A stretch of DNA of 64,000 nt. Origin: an uncultured Gemmatimonadales bacterium (GTDB lineage Bacteria > Gemmatimonadota > Gemmatimonadetes > Gemmatimonadales > GWC2-71-9). A program made the translations under genes and the position numbers. Every line of letters begins with the position of its first letter. Positions within the stretch are counted from its first letter, which is position 1. Positions 47,705 through 56,838 of this stretch are shown piece after piece. The notes under the pieces were generated by a model, which did not search any database, was not told where the DNA came from, and worked only from the letters and a program-made list of their open reading frames with translations. The stretch spans positions 512,001 to 576,000 of the forward strand of contig CAWCFX010000006.1 of the NCBI GenBank assembly GCA_963795085.1, given 5' to 3'.

Positions 47705-49263
47705 GCGCCGCCACGCTGCACGCCCAGCTCGACGCCACGGTTCGGCGGTTCCCCGCGCGAACCGCGGTGGAGGATCCCGGCAAGGGGCAGTTGACCTATG
47801 CTGAACTGGGTGAGCTGTCGGACCGGCTCCGGGACCGGCTGGCGCTCCTCGGCGTGGAGCCGGGGGACCGGGTCGGACTGTACATGGCCAAGTCGCTGGA
47901 CGCGATCGTCACCATTTTCGGCGCCCTCAAGACGGGGGCGGCCTACGTGCCCGTGGATCCGGGCGCCCCGCCGGCCCGCTGCGCCTACATTCTCAACAAC
48001 TGCTCGGTCCGGGTCATCGTCACGGAGCGGCGGCTGAGCCAGGCTCTCACCGAGGAACTCCAGAAACTGGGAAGCGTCCCGCCCCTCCTGCTGCTGGACG
48101 ACGCGGCCGAGGCAAACCTCCCCGTTGCCGCGATGCTGGACCGGGAAGCCGGGACCCGCCCCGCGCCGGCGGCGGCCACCAGGGACCCCGGCCCCGACGG
48201 GCTGGCCTACATCCTGTACACTTCCGGATCCACCGGCAAACCCAAGGGCGTGATGCTCACGCACCGCTGCGCGGTGAGTTATGTCGACTGGTGTTCGGAC
48301 GTGTTCCAGCCCACGGAGGCAGACCGGTTCTCTTCGCACGCGCCGCTGCACTTCGACCTGTCCATCCTGGACCTCTACGTCCCCCTCAAGCACGGGGCCA
48401 CGCTGGTGCTGATCGGCGAGGAACTGGGCAAGGACCCGCTCAACCTCGCACCGTTGATCGCCGAGAAGCGAATCACCGTCTGGTATTCCACGCCCTCGAT
48501 CCTGAGCCTGCTGGCCCAGTACGGCAAGCTGTCCCGCTACGATTACTCGGCGCTGCGCTTTGTGTTCTTCGCCGGCGAAGTCTTCCCGGTGCCGCAGCTC
48601 CGCGCCCTCAAGGCACTGTGGCCGCATCCCCGGTACTTCAACCTGTACGGGCCCACCGAGACCAACGTGTGCACCTACTACGAGGTGCCCGCCGAGATCC
48701 CGGCCGGCCGCACCGAGCCGTTTCCGATCGGGAAGACGTGCGAGCACCTGGCCTGCCTGGTGATCGACCAGGACGGGAGCGTGGTGCCGAAAGGCGAGGA
48801 AGGCGAGCTGGTGGTGTGGGGACCCGGAGTCATGACCGGCTACTGGAACCTGGCGGAGCAGAACGCCGCCGCCTTCATCGAGATCGGCGGCAAGCGCTGG
48901 TACCACACGGGGGATCTGGTGGTCGAGGAGCCCAGCGGCGACTACATCTTCCACGGCCGCCGGGACCGGATGGTCAAGCGGCGGGGCTACCGGGTGGAAC
49001 TGGGCGAAATCGAAGCGGGCCTCGCCACCCATCCCCAGGCGAAAGAGGTGGCGGTGGTGGCGCTGCCGGACAAGGATGCCGGCGTCAAGATCCGGGCGTT
49101 TCTCTCGATCAAGGACGGCGTCAAGCCCAGCATCATCGAGATGAAGTCGTTCTCGATGGACAAACTGCCCAAGTACATGGTGCCCGATACCTTCTCGTTC
49201 CTCGAGGCGCTGCCCCGGACCTCGACCGACAAGATCGACTACCAGACGCTCAAGACTCTCTGA
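47701..49263 (+). CDS. Stand-alone adenylation enzyme, probable L-proline--carrier protein ligase (PltF/RedM-like)
   Basis: A3 YTSGSTGKPKG, A4 FDLS, A5 NLYGPTE, A7 YHTGD, A10 PRTSTDKID. Specificity code extracted by hand: D-L-L-Y-F-A-L-V-C-K. Confidence 0.85.
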   Translation: MSAATLHAQLDATVRRFPARTAVEDPGKGQLTYAELGELSDRLRDRLALLGVEPGDRVGLYMAKSLDAIVTIFGALKTGAAYVPVDPGAPPARCAYILNNCSVRVIVTERRLSQALTEELQKLGSVPPLLLLDDAAEANLPVAAMLDREAGTRPAPAAATRDPGPDGLAYILYTSGSTGKPKGVMLTHRCAVSYVDWCSDVFQPTEADRFSSHAPLHFDLSILDLYVPLKHGATLVLIGEELGKDPLNLAPLIAEKRITVWYSTPSILSLLAQYGKLSRYDYSALRFVFFAGEVFPVPQLRALKALWPHPRYFNLYGPTETNVCTYYEVPAEIPAGRTEPFPIGKTCEHLACLVIDQDGSVVPKGEEGELVVWGPGVMTGYWNLAEQNAAAFIEIGGKRWYHTGDLVVEEPSGDYIFHGRRDRMVKRRGYRVELGEIEAGLATHPQAKEVAVVALPDKDAGVKIRAFLSIKDGVKPSIIEMKSFSMDKLPKYMVPDTFSFLEALPRTSTDKIDYQTLKTL

Positions 49264-49282
49264 CCGCCGGGCGGGGGACGGC

Positions 49283-50257
49283 CTACCGGTCGATCCACCG
49301 CTCTTCGCCCGCCAGCGCCCTCGGCCGTATCCAGAAATACCAGAGCCGGGGCGCCTTTTTCATCCGGTCCTTCAGGTCTTCCGCCACCTCGTGCACCCGG
49401 CCCCGAACCCGCAACGCGGCGCCCGCCGCCGGCTCGGCGGGCTGGTACCCGAACTGCTGCATCAGCGGTCCCGCCGTCCATTCCACCAGGCGCACCTGTT
49501 CCGGCGTCAACTGGTTCTTCCAGGATCCCAGCCGGTCCCGGCTCAACGATCCCTGGGCCCGCTCGAACCAGGGCCGGTCGGCCCGGGCCGGCTGCTTCAC
49601 CTCCAGCATGGCCGGGCTGAAAGTCTCGCCGACGAAGCGGCAGACCTCAGCCAGGCGCTGCTCCGGCTGCTCGACCAGGTCCTCGTAGCGAATCCGCATG
49701 AAGCGGGGATCGTCCCGGGAGGCCTCCGCGGCCGCCGTGAGGCTGGCCCAGAGCCGGCCGTTGGCCGCGGCGCTCTTCCGGCCCCACGGCACGTTGAAGA
49801 GCGAGGCCGTCACGTCCCGGGGGTCGCGAAGCAGGTGGATGACCCGGGCGCCCGGGTACCAGGCGAGCAGGTCGGCCGTATTCCAGGCGTGGTGGGGGGT
49901 CTTCTCGCCCGGCCGCACCTTGCCCATCGATTCGGCGTAGAACGCAAGGATCGCCGCGAAAAACGCGGGGTAGCTGGTGCCCTGGGCCATCAACCGGTCC
50001 GCCAGGGCGGGCAGGTCGATCTTCAGCCGCTGCATCCGGGAAGTTGCGGTGTAGCTCGCGACGAGCCGCTTGCGGTTCTCCGGATCGGCCAGGTCGCCGA
50101 ACGCCCGCCGCCGCAGGTGGACGTAATAGAAAAAATAGGTCTCGTCGCAGAGCCCTATGCGGGGGTGCCGGTTGAGCATCGCCCGGAGCAGCGTCGTCCC
50201 GCTCCGGGGAGCGCCCACGATGAAAATGGGCTGGAACGCGGCCAGGTCCATGGTCAC
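49283..50257 (-). CDS. PAPS-dependent sulfotransferase (Sulfotransfer_3-like)
   Basis: 5'-PSB loop IVGAPRSGTTLL, GEKTP, 3'-PB motif RDPRDVTAS, RYEDLV; no signal peptide. Confidence 0.9.
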   Translation of the reverse strand: MTMDLAAFQPIFIVGAPRSGTTLLRAMLNRHPRIGLCDETYFFYYVHLRRRAFGDLADPENRKRLVASYTATSRMQRLKIDLPALADRLMAQGTSYPAFFAAILAFYAESMGKVRPGEKTPHHAWNTADLLAWYPGARVIHLLRDPRDVTASLFNVPWGRKSAAANGRLWASLTAAAEASRDDPRFMRIRYEDLVEQPEQRLAEVCRFVGETFSPAMLEVKQPARADRPWFERAQGSLSRDRLGSWKNQLTPEQVRLVEWTAGPLMQQFGYQPAEPAAGAALRVRGRVHEVAEDLKDRMKKAPRLWYFWIRPRALAGEERWIDR

Positions 50258-51162
50258 GGTTTCCCGGTGACGTAGCCGATCATCTCGCCCAGGCTCCAGG
50301 TGGCCAGCAGCAGGAATACCGCCGGGCTGGCGGCCAGGAATTGGCGGGCGGTGCGCTTTTTCCGGGCCTGGTGCGCGGCCAGCCGGTAGAACAGCACCAG
50401 CGGCAGAAGCGGCGCCGTCGCCGCAAGCAGCAGGCGCCTGCCGATCCCGATCTCCCGCGCGCGGGTGTACGCGAACAGCCGGCCCCAGCCGATGCGCTCT
50501 CCCACCAGCCGGCCCACGGTCAGGTCGTCCCGCATCTGGTCCACGGCGAACTGGTCCGAGAGATAGAGAACCTCGCCGGCCCGGGCCAGCGCCCAGTGCA
50601 CGGTGGTCTCATGATAGCGCTCCTTCCAGAGGTCCCGGGTCTGCTCCAGCGCCCCGCGCTTGTAGCCGATGTTGACGTCGGTGACATACTCCCGGGGACC
50701 CGCGGCGTAGGGAAGCTGGTAGCGGCCGAAATCGCAGAAGTACACCGCCCAGTTGAGAAGCCGGTCGCGGCCGTTCTCGACCGCTCCGCCAATCACCGCA
50801 TGAGGCAGCCGCTCGTGGGCCTCCACCAGTGCTTTGGCCCACGCGGGCCGGGGCACCCCGCGGTCCTCCACGATGGCGACGACCTGGCCCCGCGCCCGGG
50901 CCAGCCCGGCGGAACGCCGGCGGTCGAACAGTTCATGCTGGCCCGCGGGACCCTGCCGGGATCGCCGGGTATCCACCTGGCCGATCGGCAGGAAGTGAAA
51001 GGTGGGAAACTTTGCGACGATGGGCCCCATGCCCAGGACGCTCTCGTCGTACGGCACGATGACTTCGAGGCTGGGGCCGCCCTCCTGCCGGGCCAGGGCA
51101 GCCAGGCAGCGCTCGAGCGTATCTCCGCCATCGACCACGGTGACGACCACTGAAAGAAGCAT
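50254..51162 (-). CDS. Family 2 glycosyltransferase-like protein with C-terminal membrane helices
   Basis: LSVVVTVV...LERCLAAL...EVIV, GLARARGQVVAIVED, IGGAVEN, NIGYKR. Confidence 0.7.
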   Translation of the reverse strand: MLLSVVVTVVDGGDTLERCLAALARQEGGPSLEVIVPYDESVLGMGPIVAKFPTFHFLPIGQVDTRRSRQGPAGQHELFDRRRSAGLARARGQVVAIVEDRGVPRPAWAKALVEAHERLPHAVIGGAVENGRDRLLNWAVYFCDFGRYQLPYAAGPREYVTDVNIGYKRGALEQTRDLWKERYHETTVHWALARAGEVLYLSDQFAVDQMRDDLTVGRLVGERIGWGRLFAYTRAREIGIGRRLLLAATAPLLPLVLFYRLAAHQARKKRTARQFLAASPAVFLLLATWSLGEMIGYVTGKP

Positions 51163-51244
51163 CAGGAAATCTTCGTGACGGGGAAATCAAGGATCAAGGA
51201 GCCGTCCACTCTGCACTCTGCACGTTGAACTCTACCCTCTGCCC

Positions 51245-52846
51245 TCACACCATCCCCGCCACCCGAACCGCGTTCGCCATCAGCGTGTAGGTCAGGTTCT
51301 TGGCCGGCAGAAACGGAAAGGTCGCGCCGTCGGCCAGGATCAGGTTCTCGAAGTCATGGCTCCGGCAGGCCGGCGAGGCGGTGAGCGGTTTCGCCGAGCG
51401 GGACATGGGGATGGTGCCCGCGTAATGAATGCTGGAGCCCAGGGGGAGAACCTTGGTCATGCCCGGCGGCACGACTGCCCCCAGCCGCCAGAGCGCCCGC
51501 TTCACCGTCTTGAGCGCGCGGCCGACCCGCTCGGCATCGTCCGGCGCCGCCGAGTAGCGGATAACCATCTTCGAGCGGCCTCCCGGTTCCGGCCGGATGG
51601 AGAGCGTGTTGGCTTCGCGCCGCCGGTCGTGCAGCCACACGTTGGCGACGCCGAGGGCGGCATGGGTGGAGCGAAAGATGCCGAGGGCGGCACGCATGTC
51701 CACCGGCATGCTGTGCACGATCGGGTGAATGGACGCGGCCTTCAGGGCGGTCATCTGGCCGTGGACGTACTCGTCGGGCCGTTCGCCTTCGATCCCCAGC
51801 GCCAGCTGGTGGAACTGGTAACTGTGGGTGGAGACCGGCCGCCCCAGCATGCGCAGGGTAAGAAACGGGATCATCAACTGCCGGTTGTCCATCAGCCCCG
51901 TCAGCTCGGCCACCTGGCCGGTGGCCTGGTACAGGGAATCGAGCAGGATGCGGGACGAGCAGAGGGTGCCCGCTGCCAGGACGTAGTGATCGGCGGCGAG
52001 CGGGACCGGGTCGCCCCCGTCCACCGGCCGCGCCACTACTCCGGACACCTTCCCCGCGGTACTGGTGAAATGCTCGACCCACAGTCCGGGGAGGTAGCGG
52101 AACCGGGGATGGCCCCGCAACTGGCGCAGGGTCATCCCGGGCGCGTAGAGCGATTCCCTCGGGCAGCCCCAGAGACAGCGGCCGAGATAGTCACACGCCT
52201 TGCGGCCGTGGAGGTCGCGGCTCAGCACCGCGACCCGGGAGCGTCCGAGGTGAAACCGGAGGCCCTGCTGCAGGCGGCGTCGCTTTCGCCCGTAGCGGTC
52301 CAGCAGGAGTCGGGTGTGCTCGTCGGGGTCCAGCGCCGGCTGGTACTCGGGCGACATCGGCGTGAAGCGGGCCAGGTCATCGTCGGCCGCGCTGATCCCG
52401 ATCCGGCGGTCCACCTCCCGGTAGTGCGGCTCCAGGTCCGCGTAGCTCAGGGGGAAGTCCGCCAGCTCGGCATCGTTCAGGGCATAGACGCCGCCGGTCC
52501 ACGCCTCGGCGAGCCCGCCGGCGGCAAAAGAGGTCACCGGCTCGAAGCCGGTGGTATCGGAGGCGAAGGGGGCGGGGCTTCGGAACACGTAGGACTTACT
52601 GGGGGGAAAGCCATAGAACTTGGCCACCGGGCTGGGATACACCACCGCCTCGCCGCGGGTGCCAAGGAAGTATCCGGCGGGATCGTCGAGCGAGTCTTTC
52701 AGCGCGTCGAAATCGGCGTCGGGCGCGATGGGATCGGGGCGGGGGTGCCCCACGTCCACCATCGTCACCTCGTGGCCCCGCTCCAGCGCGGTCGCCGCGA
52801 AGTGTACGCCCGTGGCCCCGGAACCGACGATCAGCACGCTGCTCAC
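51245..52846 (-). CDS. GMC-family FAD-dependent oxidoreductase
   Basis: IVGSGATG, GGLAEAWTGG, CDYLGRCLWGCP, VLAAGTLCS, IHYAGT, ADGATFP...NLTYTLMANA. Confidence 0.85.
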   Translation of the reverse strand: MSSVLIVGSGATGVHFAATALERGHEVTMVDVGHPRPDPIAPDADFDALKDSLDDPAGYFLGTRGEAVVYPSPVAKFYGFPPSKSYVFRSPAPFASDTTGFEPVTSFAAGGLAEAWTGGVYALNDAELADFPLSYADLEPHYREVDRRIGISAADDDLARFTPMSPEYQPALDPDEHTRLLLDRYGRKRRRLQQGLRFHLGRSRVAVLSRDLHGRKACDYLGRCLWGCPRESLYAPGMTLRQLRGHPRFRYLPGLWVEHFTSTAGKVSGVVARPVDGGDPVPLAADHYVLAAGTLCSSRILLDSLYQATGQVAELTGLMDNRQLMIPFLTLRMLGRPVSTHSYQFHQLALGIEGERPDEYVHGQMTALKAASIHPIVHSMPVDMRAALGIFRSTHAALGVANVWLHDRRREANTLSIRPEPGGRSKMVIRYSAAPDDAERVGRALKTVKRALWRLGAVVPPGMTKVLPLGSSIHYAGTIPMSRSAKPLTASPACRSHDFENLILADGATFPFLPAKNLTYTLMANAVRVAGMV

Positions 52847-53298
52847 GGCACCGCCTGGCCGGGCGCCCGGCGGCCGCGGAGAAACGGATGCATCGGTCCG
52901 AACAGCAGCATCCCGGCGACCAGCGCGGCCCCGAACGCGAGAATTCCTCCGGCAATGGCCAGCAGGGCTTCCGCCAGCCCGCGTCCGCCCCGGGTCAGGG
53001 AGCGATGGGTGCCGGGCGCATTCTCGAGCACGGCGAGCAGGAGGGTCAGCTTCTGGCGCAGCACGCCGTGAGGCCGGAAGAAGCGCGCGTAGGCATCCGC
53101 CATCCGGGCCCGGCGGGGGCCCTTCGAAGCGACCAGGGTGAGCATGATATCCAGGGCATCGTATCCCGACCGGCGGTAGGGAATGGCGTGATGCCCTTCC
53201 CGGTAGCGGCTTCGCACGTACTCGCTCGGATCGTGGCCGGTGAGATAGCGGGAGAAGACCCGGGACTCGATGTCGAGGCGGTCAGCGGGCGTGGACAA
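52843..53298 (-). CDS. Hypothetical protein with a C-terminal TM helix
   Basis: Fills the operon gap and overlaps both neighbours; hydrophobic C-terminus; no recognised motif. Confidence 0.6.
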   Translation of the reverse strand: MSTPADRLDIESRVFSRYLTGHDPSEYVRSRYREGHHAIPYRRSGYDALDIMLTLVASKGPRRARMADAYARFFRPHGVLRQKLTLLLAVLENAPGTHRSLTRGGRGLAEALLAIAGGILAFGAALVAGMLLFGPMHPFLRGRRAPGQAVP

Positions 53299-54205
53299 GC
53301 GACTTCAACAGGGTATCGAGAGGCGGCATACCAGGCCGCAACGCGAGCGCGAGGTCATTGGGCGAGGCCACGCCGTCCTGGGTGAACGGTACCAGCTGCC
53401 CCGGGCCCACCGGGAATCGGGATCCCAGTAGCCGGCCCGCGGCCACGAGCGAGAGGCGGAGGGGTGCCATCGGGACCTTCACCAGCGGAGTCTGGCTCTT
53501 TCCGTGGGCCGCCCGGATCCGCCGGATCAACTGTTCGAAGCTGAGCTCTTCGGGGCCGCCCAACTCGAGGATCTCGCCGGAGAACCGGCTCCGCTCCACC
53601 AGCATGGCCATGCCGCGGACGACGTCCTGCACGTCCACCGGCTGGACGCGGGCGCGGCCGTTCCCCAGCACGACCGGCAGGGGAAGCGTGGCCATCGCCC
53701 GGAGCCGCTGCCAGACCGGACTGCCGGGACCCAGGACGATCGTGGGGCGCAGGATGGTGTAATCCATCCGGCCGGCCCGCACGAGTTCCTCCGCCTGCCG
53801 CTTGGAACGGCCGTAGGGATATCCGGAAAGATCGGGATACCCGGCCGCAATGGAGCTGATGTACAGGATGCGATTGACTCCCTGCCGTTCGCACTCCCCG
53901 AGCAGGCGGCCGGTCGCGTCAACGTTGATGCGGGTGAGATCGGCGGGTGAAGCATTTCCGGTGGCGGCGGCCAGATGGACCACGATGTCGGCCTGGGCCA
54001 GCAAATCGGCGTAGGAGGCCGGGGAAGCCAGGTCGCCTTCTCGGTGGCTCCAGCCGGGAAGTCCGGCCGGCCCGGCGGGCGGAGTGCGGCTGAGACAGGT
54101 GACCCGCTCGAAGCCGCGGGCCCGCAACTCGGCCAGGAAGCGCCGGCCGATGAACCCGCTTCCGCCGGTCACGAAGATGGAGGCGGAGAGGGCGGAGGGT
54201 GCCAT
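53282..54205 (-). CDS. NAD-dependent epimerase/dehydratase (extended SDR); start uncertain
   Basis: VTGGSGFIG, VVHLAA, YISS, YGRSK (YxxxK), ILRPTIVLG. Confidence 0.88.
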   Translation of the reverse strand: MAPSALSASIFVTGGSGFIGRRFLAELRARGFERVTCLSRTPPAGPAGLPGWSHREGDLASPASYADLLAQADIVVHLAAATGNASPADLTRINVDATGRLLGECERQGVNRILYISSIAAGYPDLSGYPYGRSKRQAEELVRAGRMDYTILRPTIVLGPGSPVWQRLRAMATLPLPVVLGNGRARVQPVDVQDVVRGMAMLVERSRFSGEILELGGPEELSFEQLIRRIRAAHGKSQTPLVKVPMAPLRLSLVAAGRLLGSRFPVGPGQLVPFTQDGVASPNDLALALRPGMPPLDTLLKSLVHAR

Positions 54206-54240
54206 CGCGCCGGGCGCCGGGTCGAGCGCGGGGGGGGCGG

Positions 54241-55047
54241 TTACGACGCGGCCCGGTTCACCGGCGCGCGCTGCGCCGCCGGTGTCACCATGTCGCGCCA
54301 GAGCTTCCACCGGAGCCGGAACACGCCCTTGATGTCCTCCCAGGCCGTTTTGACGATCCTGACCCGGCTGTCCGCGTCGTCGATCCATGTCACTGGGATG
54401 TCCTTGATGCGGTATCCCTGCTTCTCGGCGAGCACCAGCAACTCGGTATCGAAGAACCAGGATTGATCCTTGATCTGGGGCACCAGTTCCAGGACGGCGC
54501 GATGACTCACCGCCTTGAAGCCGCACTGGGCGTCGCTGAACGAGGTGAAGAGGACGATCTTGATGAGGTAATTATAACTCCGGGAAATGAACTCGCGCTT
54601 GAGGCCGCGGGTCGTCCGGGATTCCCGCATGAGGCGGGAACCAGTAGAGATATCGTAGCCGTCGTGGAGGATGGCGTGGACCATCTTGGGCAGGGCGGCC
54701 AGCTCGGTCGAGAGGTCCACGTCGGTATAACACATGACGTCGGCTTCGCTCTGGGTCCAGGCGTGCCGCAGCGCGCGCCCCCGGCCCCGCTGGGGCAACT
54801 GTACGAAACGCACATCGCTGAATCGTTCGACCAGTTCCCGGGCGACCCGGTCGGTGCCGTCGGTGGAGCCGTTGTCCACCACCACTACCCGCCAGCGCCA
54901 CTGGGGATGCCCGGCGAGAAACCCCCGGACCGCGGTCACGCTCTTTTCCAGAACGTGGGCCTCGTTGAGCACCGGGATGACCAGGTCCACCAACGGCATC
55001 GCCGCGGGCTTCCTGGGCGCCGTTTCCGACGAATTGATCGTGGCCAA
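54241..55047 (-). CDS. Polyprenyl-phosphate glycosyltransferase (GT2, DPM/DPG-synthase-like)
   Basis: VIPVLNE, VDNGSTDGT, GRGRAL, YTDVDLS, GSR, DAQCGFKA, WFFDTELL, IPVTW. Start TTG 55047 with GGGGAG upstream. Confidence 0.88.
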   Translation of the reverse strand: MATINSSETAPRKPAAMPLVDLVIPVLNEAHVLEKSVTAVRGFLAGHPQWRWRVVVVDNGSTDGTDRVARELVERFSDVRFVQLPQRGRGRALRHAWTQSEADVMCYTDVDLSTELAALPKMVHAILHDGYDISTGSRLMRESRTTRGLKREFISRSYNYLIKIVLFTSFSDAQCGFKAVSHRAVLELVPQIKDQSWFFDTELLVLAEKQGYRIKDIPVTWIDDADSRVRIVKTAWEDIKGVFRLRWKLWRDMVTPAAQRAPVNRAAS

Positions 55048-55093
55048 TCTCTCCCCCGGGTGATGGTAGGCTGCCCCCCGACCGATGCAGGGA

Positions 55094-55109
55094 CGCAACA
55101 GTTCGGCCT
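55094..55109 (-). promoter_or_regulatory. Possible internal sigma54 promoter
   Basis: Minus strand AGGCCGAACTGTTGCG (GG-N10-GC with TTGC), with an IHF-like site about 42 nt upstream. Confidence 0.4.
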
Positions 55110-55150
55110 CCTGCGGGACGCCGGGGATGACCCCGACGCGGCACAAACTG

Positions 55151-55177
55151 CTAAGTTGTTGTATAACGATTAGTTAG
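55151..55177. promoter_or_regulatory. IHF-like AT-rich site
   Basis: CTAAGTTGTTGTATAACGATTAGTTAG; the minus strand contains CAA-CAAC-TTA; shares TAAGTTGTT with the 4992 site. Confidence 0.45.
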
Positions 55178-55218
55178 ATGGCTCTTTCCGAGCATAAGTT
55201 GGCAAGTTTGATACCAAC

Positions 55219-56751
55219 CTACCCTCTCGGAAGATCGGTCATAGCGCCTTTTTCCAGCGGCTTCCATGGCTCCCGGACCCGCCAGACCAGGGCCACCACC
55301 GCGCCGGTCACCAGCATGATAAACATGGGAGAGACGGCGCCGAGCCAGGGCGCATACTGGGACGCCGTTTTCCCCAGCACGGTGAGCCACGGCAACTGGG
55401 GTCCTTCCAGCACCACCCGCTGGACATTTTCCGCCACGGTTCCCTGGCTCCGCACCATGGCCAGCGACCAGTTGACGATAACGGTGACCAGCACGATTCC
55501 CCAGGCGAGAATCCGGGGGAGCCGGACCAGCACCGCGATCGAGGCCAGGAACACGAAGGGAAAGATGGCGGCGAGGTACCGGATGCCGGTGACCCACTGG
55601 AGCCGGGTGTACTGGACGGTACTGAAAAAGAGCACGAACATCAGCGTCATGCCGAGGCAGAGCCAGGCTTCCCGGGCCGGCAGGAAACTTTTCCCCCGTC
55701 GAACGACAAAGGGCGCGGCAAGAGCCAGCAGGAAGAGGGGCGTCGTGACGAAGAGGCCGAAGCGGGTGTCGAAGAGCAGCATCTGGAACAGGTCCGCCCC
55801 GAATCCTCCCACGCCCTGGTAGCCGATGTCCACCCACTCGACTGGCGGCATCCAGTGCTGGGGGGGGCGCCAGAACGATCCGAAACTGGCCCACTGATAC
55901 CACCAGAGCGCGAGCACCCCGGGGAGCACGCCGAGGCAGTACCAGAGCGTATCCTGCAGGGCCTGTCCCCAGCCTGGCACATCGTCCCGCCGGCGGACCA
56001 GTGCGTAGAGCCCGAGCAGGGCGGCCACCAGGGCGCCGCTGTAATCGTACAGGAAGCAGAGCCCGGCCATGACCCCCGCCAGGACATAGCGGGCCCGGAA
56101 CCGGGTCCGGCTCAGCCGGGCCGGATCCCACAGCAGTACGAAAGAGAAGAACGCGAAGATGCCCAGGCCCAGGTTCTGGTTCAGGTACCCGGTGCGGAAG
56201 AAGACGGGCGTCCCGAAGGCGTAGAGCAGCGCCAGTCCCAGCGCCGCGCGCTGGGTCAGTCCGAGGGAGAGCAGCAGGCTCAGCATCACCACGGCGCTCA
56301 CGGCGCTCATCGGGGCCTGGAACAGCGATTGGGTGATGGCCCCCACCAGCCCGAACTTGATGTCGAGTCCCCGCTCCCGGACTTTCTTGTAAAACTCCAC
56401 CCGGCGCCAGCGAGGATCGTCATACCTGACGGCGGTATCCGGCTTCTGTTGCCGGCCGGCCAGCACGCGCTGATTGACCCGGTCGACCGCCGGCCGCAGC
56501 AGCGTGTAGGGAATCGCCGCCAGCATGGACACGCCCGGGTTGGCCCCGTGGTGGGCGCCCCGGACCGGGGCGCTGTCCGGATTCCAGAACAGGTCCACGT
56601 GCAGGTCGGCGTATGGATCCAGCCGGAAGGTGGCGTCCTCCGCGATGCTCACGACCAGGTAGTGCTCCCGGACGAAATCGGTCGCGAAGTGGATCACGTA
56701 GATGATCCAGCAGGTGAAGAAGAGGCGCCACTTGAGAGAAACCGGGGTCAT
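55219..56751 (-). CDS. Polytopic membrane protein, probable GT-C glycosyltransferase; start could be 56814
   Basis: About 11-12 TMs; acidic first loop TDFVREH, NPGVSMLA, YAFGTPVFF, GIRYL. Confidence 0.6.
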   Translation of the reverse strand: MTPVSLKWRLFFTCWIIYVIHFATDFVREHYLVVSIAEDATFRLDPYADLHVDLFWNPDSAPVRGAHHGANPGVSMLAAIPYTLLRPAVDRVNQRVLAGRQQKPDTAVRYDDPRWRRVEFYKKVRERGLDIKFGLVGAITQSLFQAPMSAVSAVVMLSLLLSLGLTQRAALGLALLYAFGTPVFFRTGYLNQNLGLGIFAFFSFVLLWDPARLSRTRFRARYVLAGVMAGLCFLYDYSGALVAALLGLYALVRRRDDVPGWGQALQDTLWYCLGVLPGVLALWWYQWASFGSFWRPPQHWMPPVEWVDIGYQGVGGFGADLFQMLLFDTRFGLFVTTPLFLLALAAPFVVRRGKSFLPAREAWLCLGMTLMFVLFFSTVQYTRLQWVTGIRYLAAIFPFVFLASIAVLVRLPRILAWGIVLVTVIVNWSLAMVRSQGTVAENVQRVVLEGPQLPWLTVLGKTASQYAPWLGAVSPMFIMLVTGAVVALVWRVREPWKPLEKGAMTDLPRG

Positions 56752-56838
56752 GGACAATCCGGGCGATTGGATGATCAACGATTGGCCATTCACCAGTGGG
56801 ATGTACCGGTCCATGGCGGATGGCCGATGCCGAATGGA

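Noticed and set aside
47441..49263. dltA/dltC D-alanylation genes
   Set aside because: The layout resembles dlt, but the A-domain pocket (DLLYFALVCK; NLYGPTETNVC) matches Pro-activating pyrrole enzymes, a dedicated ACAD is present, and the organism is a diderm (outer-membrane barrels, exosortase).
51165..51245. Short heptamer-like repeats (CACTCTG, TCAAGGA) in intergenic gaps, with similar ones near 56755-56835
   Set aside because: Low-copy degenerate microrepeats with no evident structure or function.
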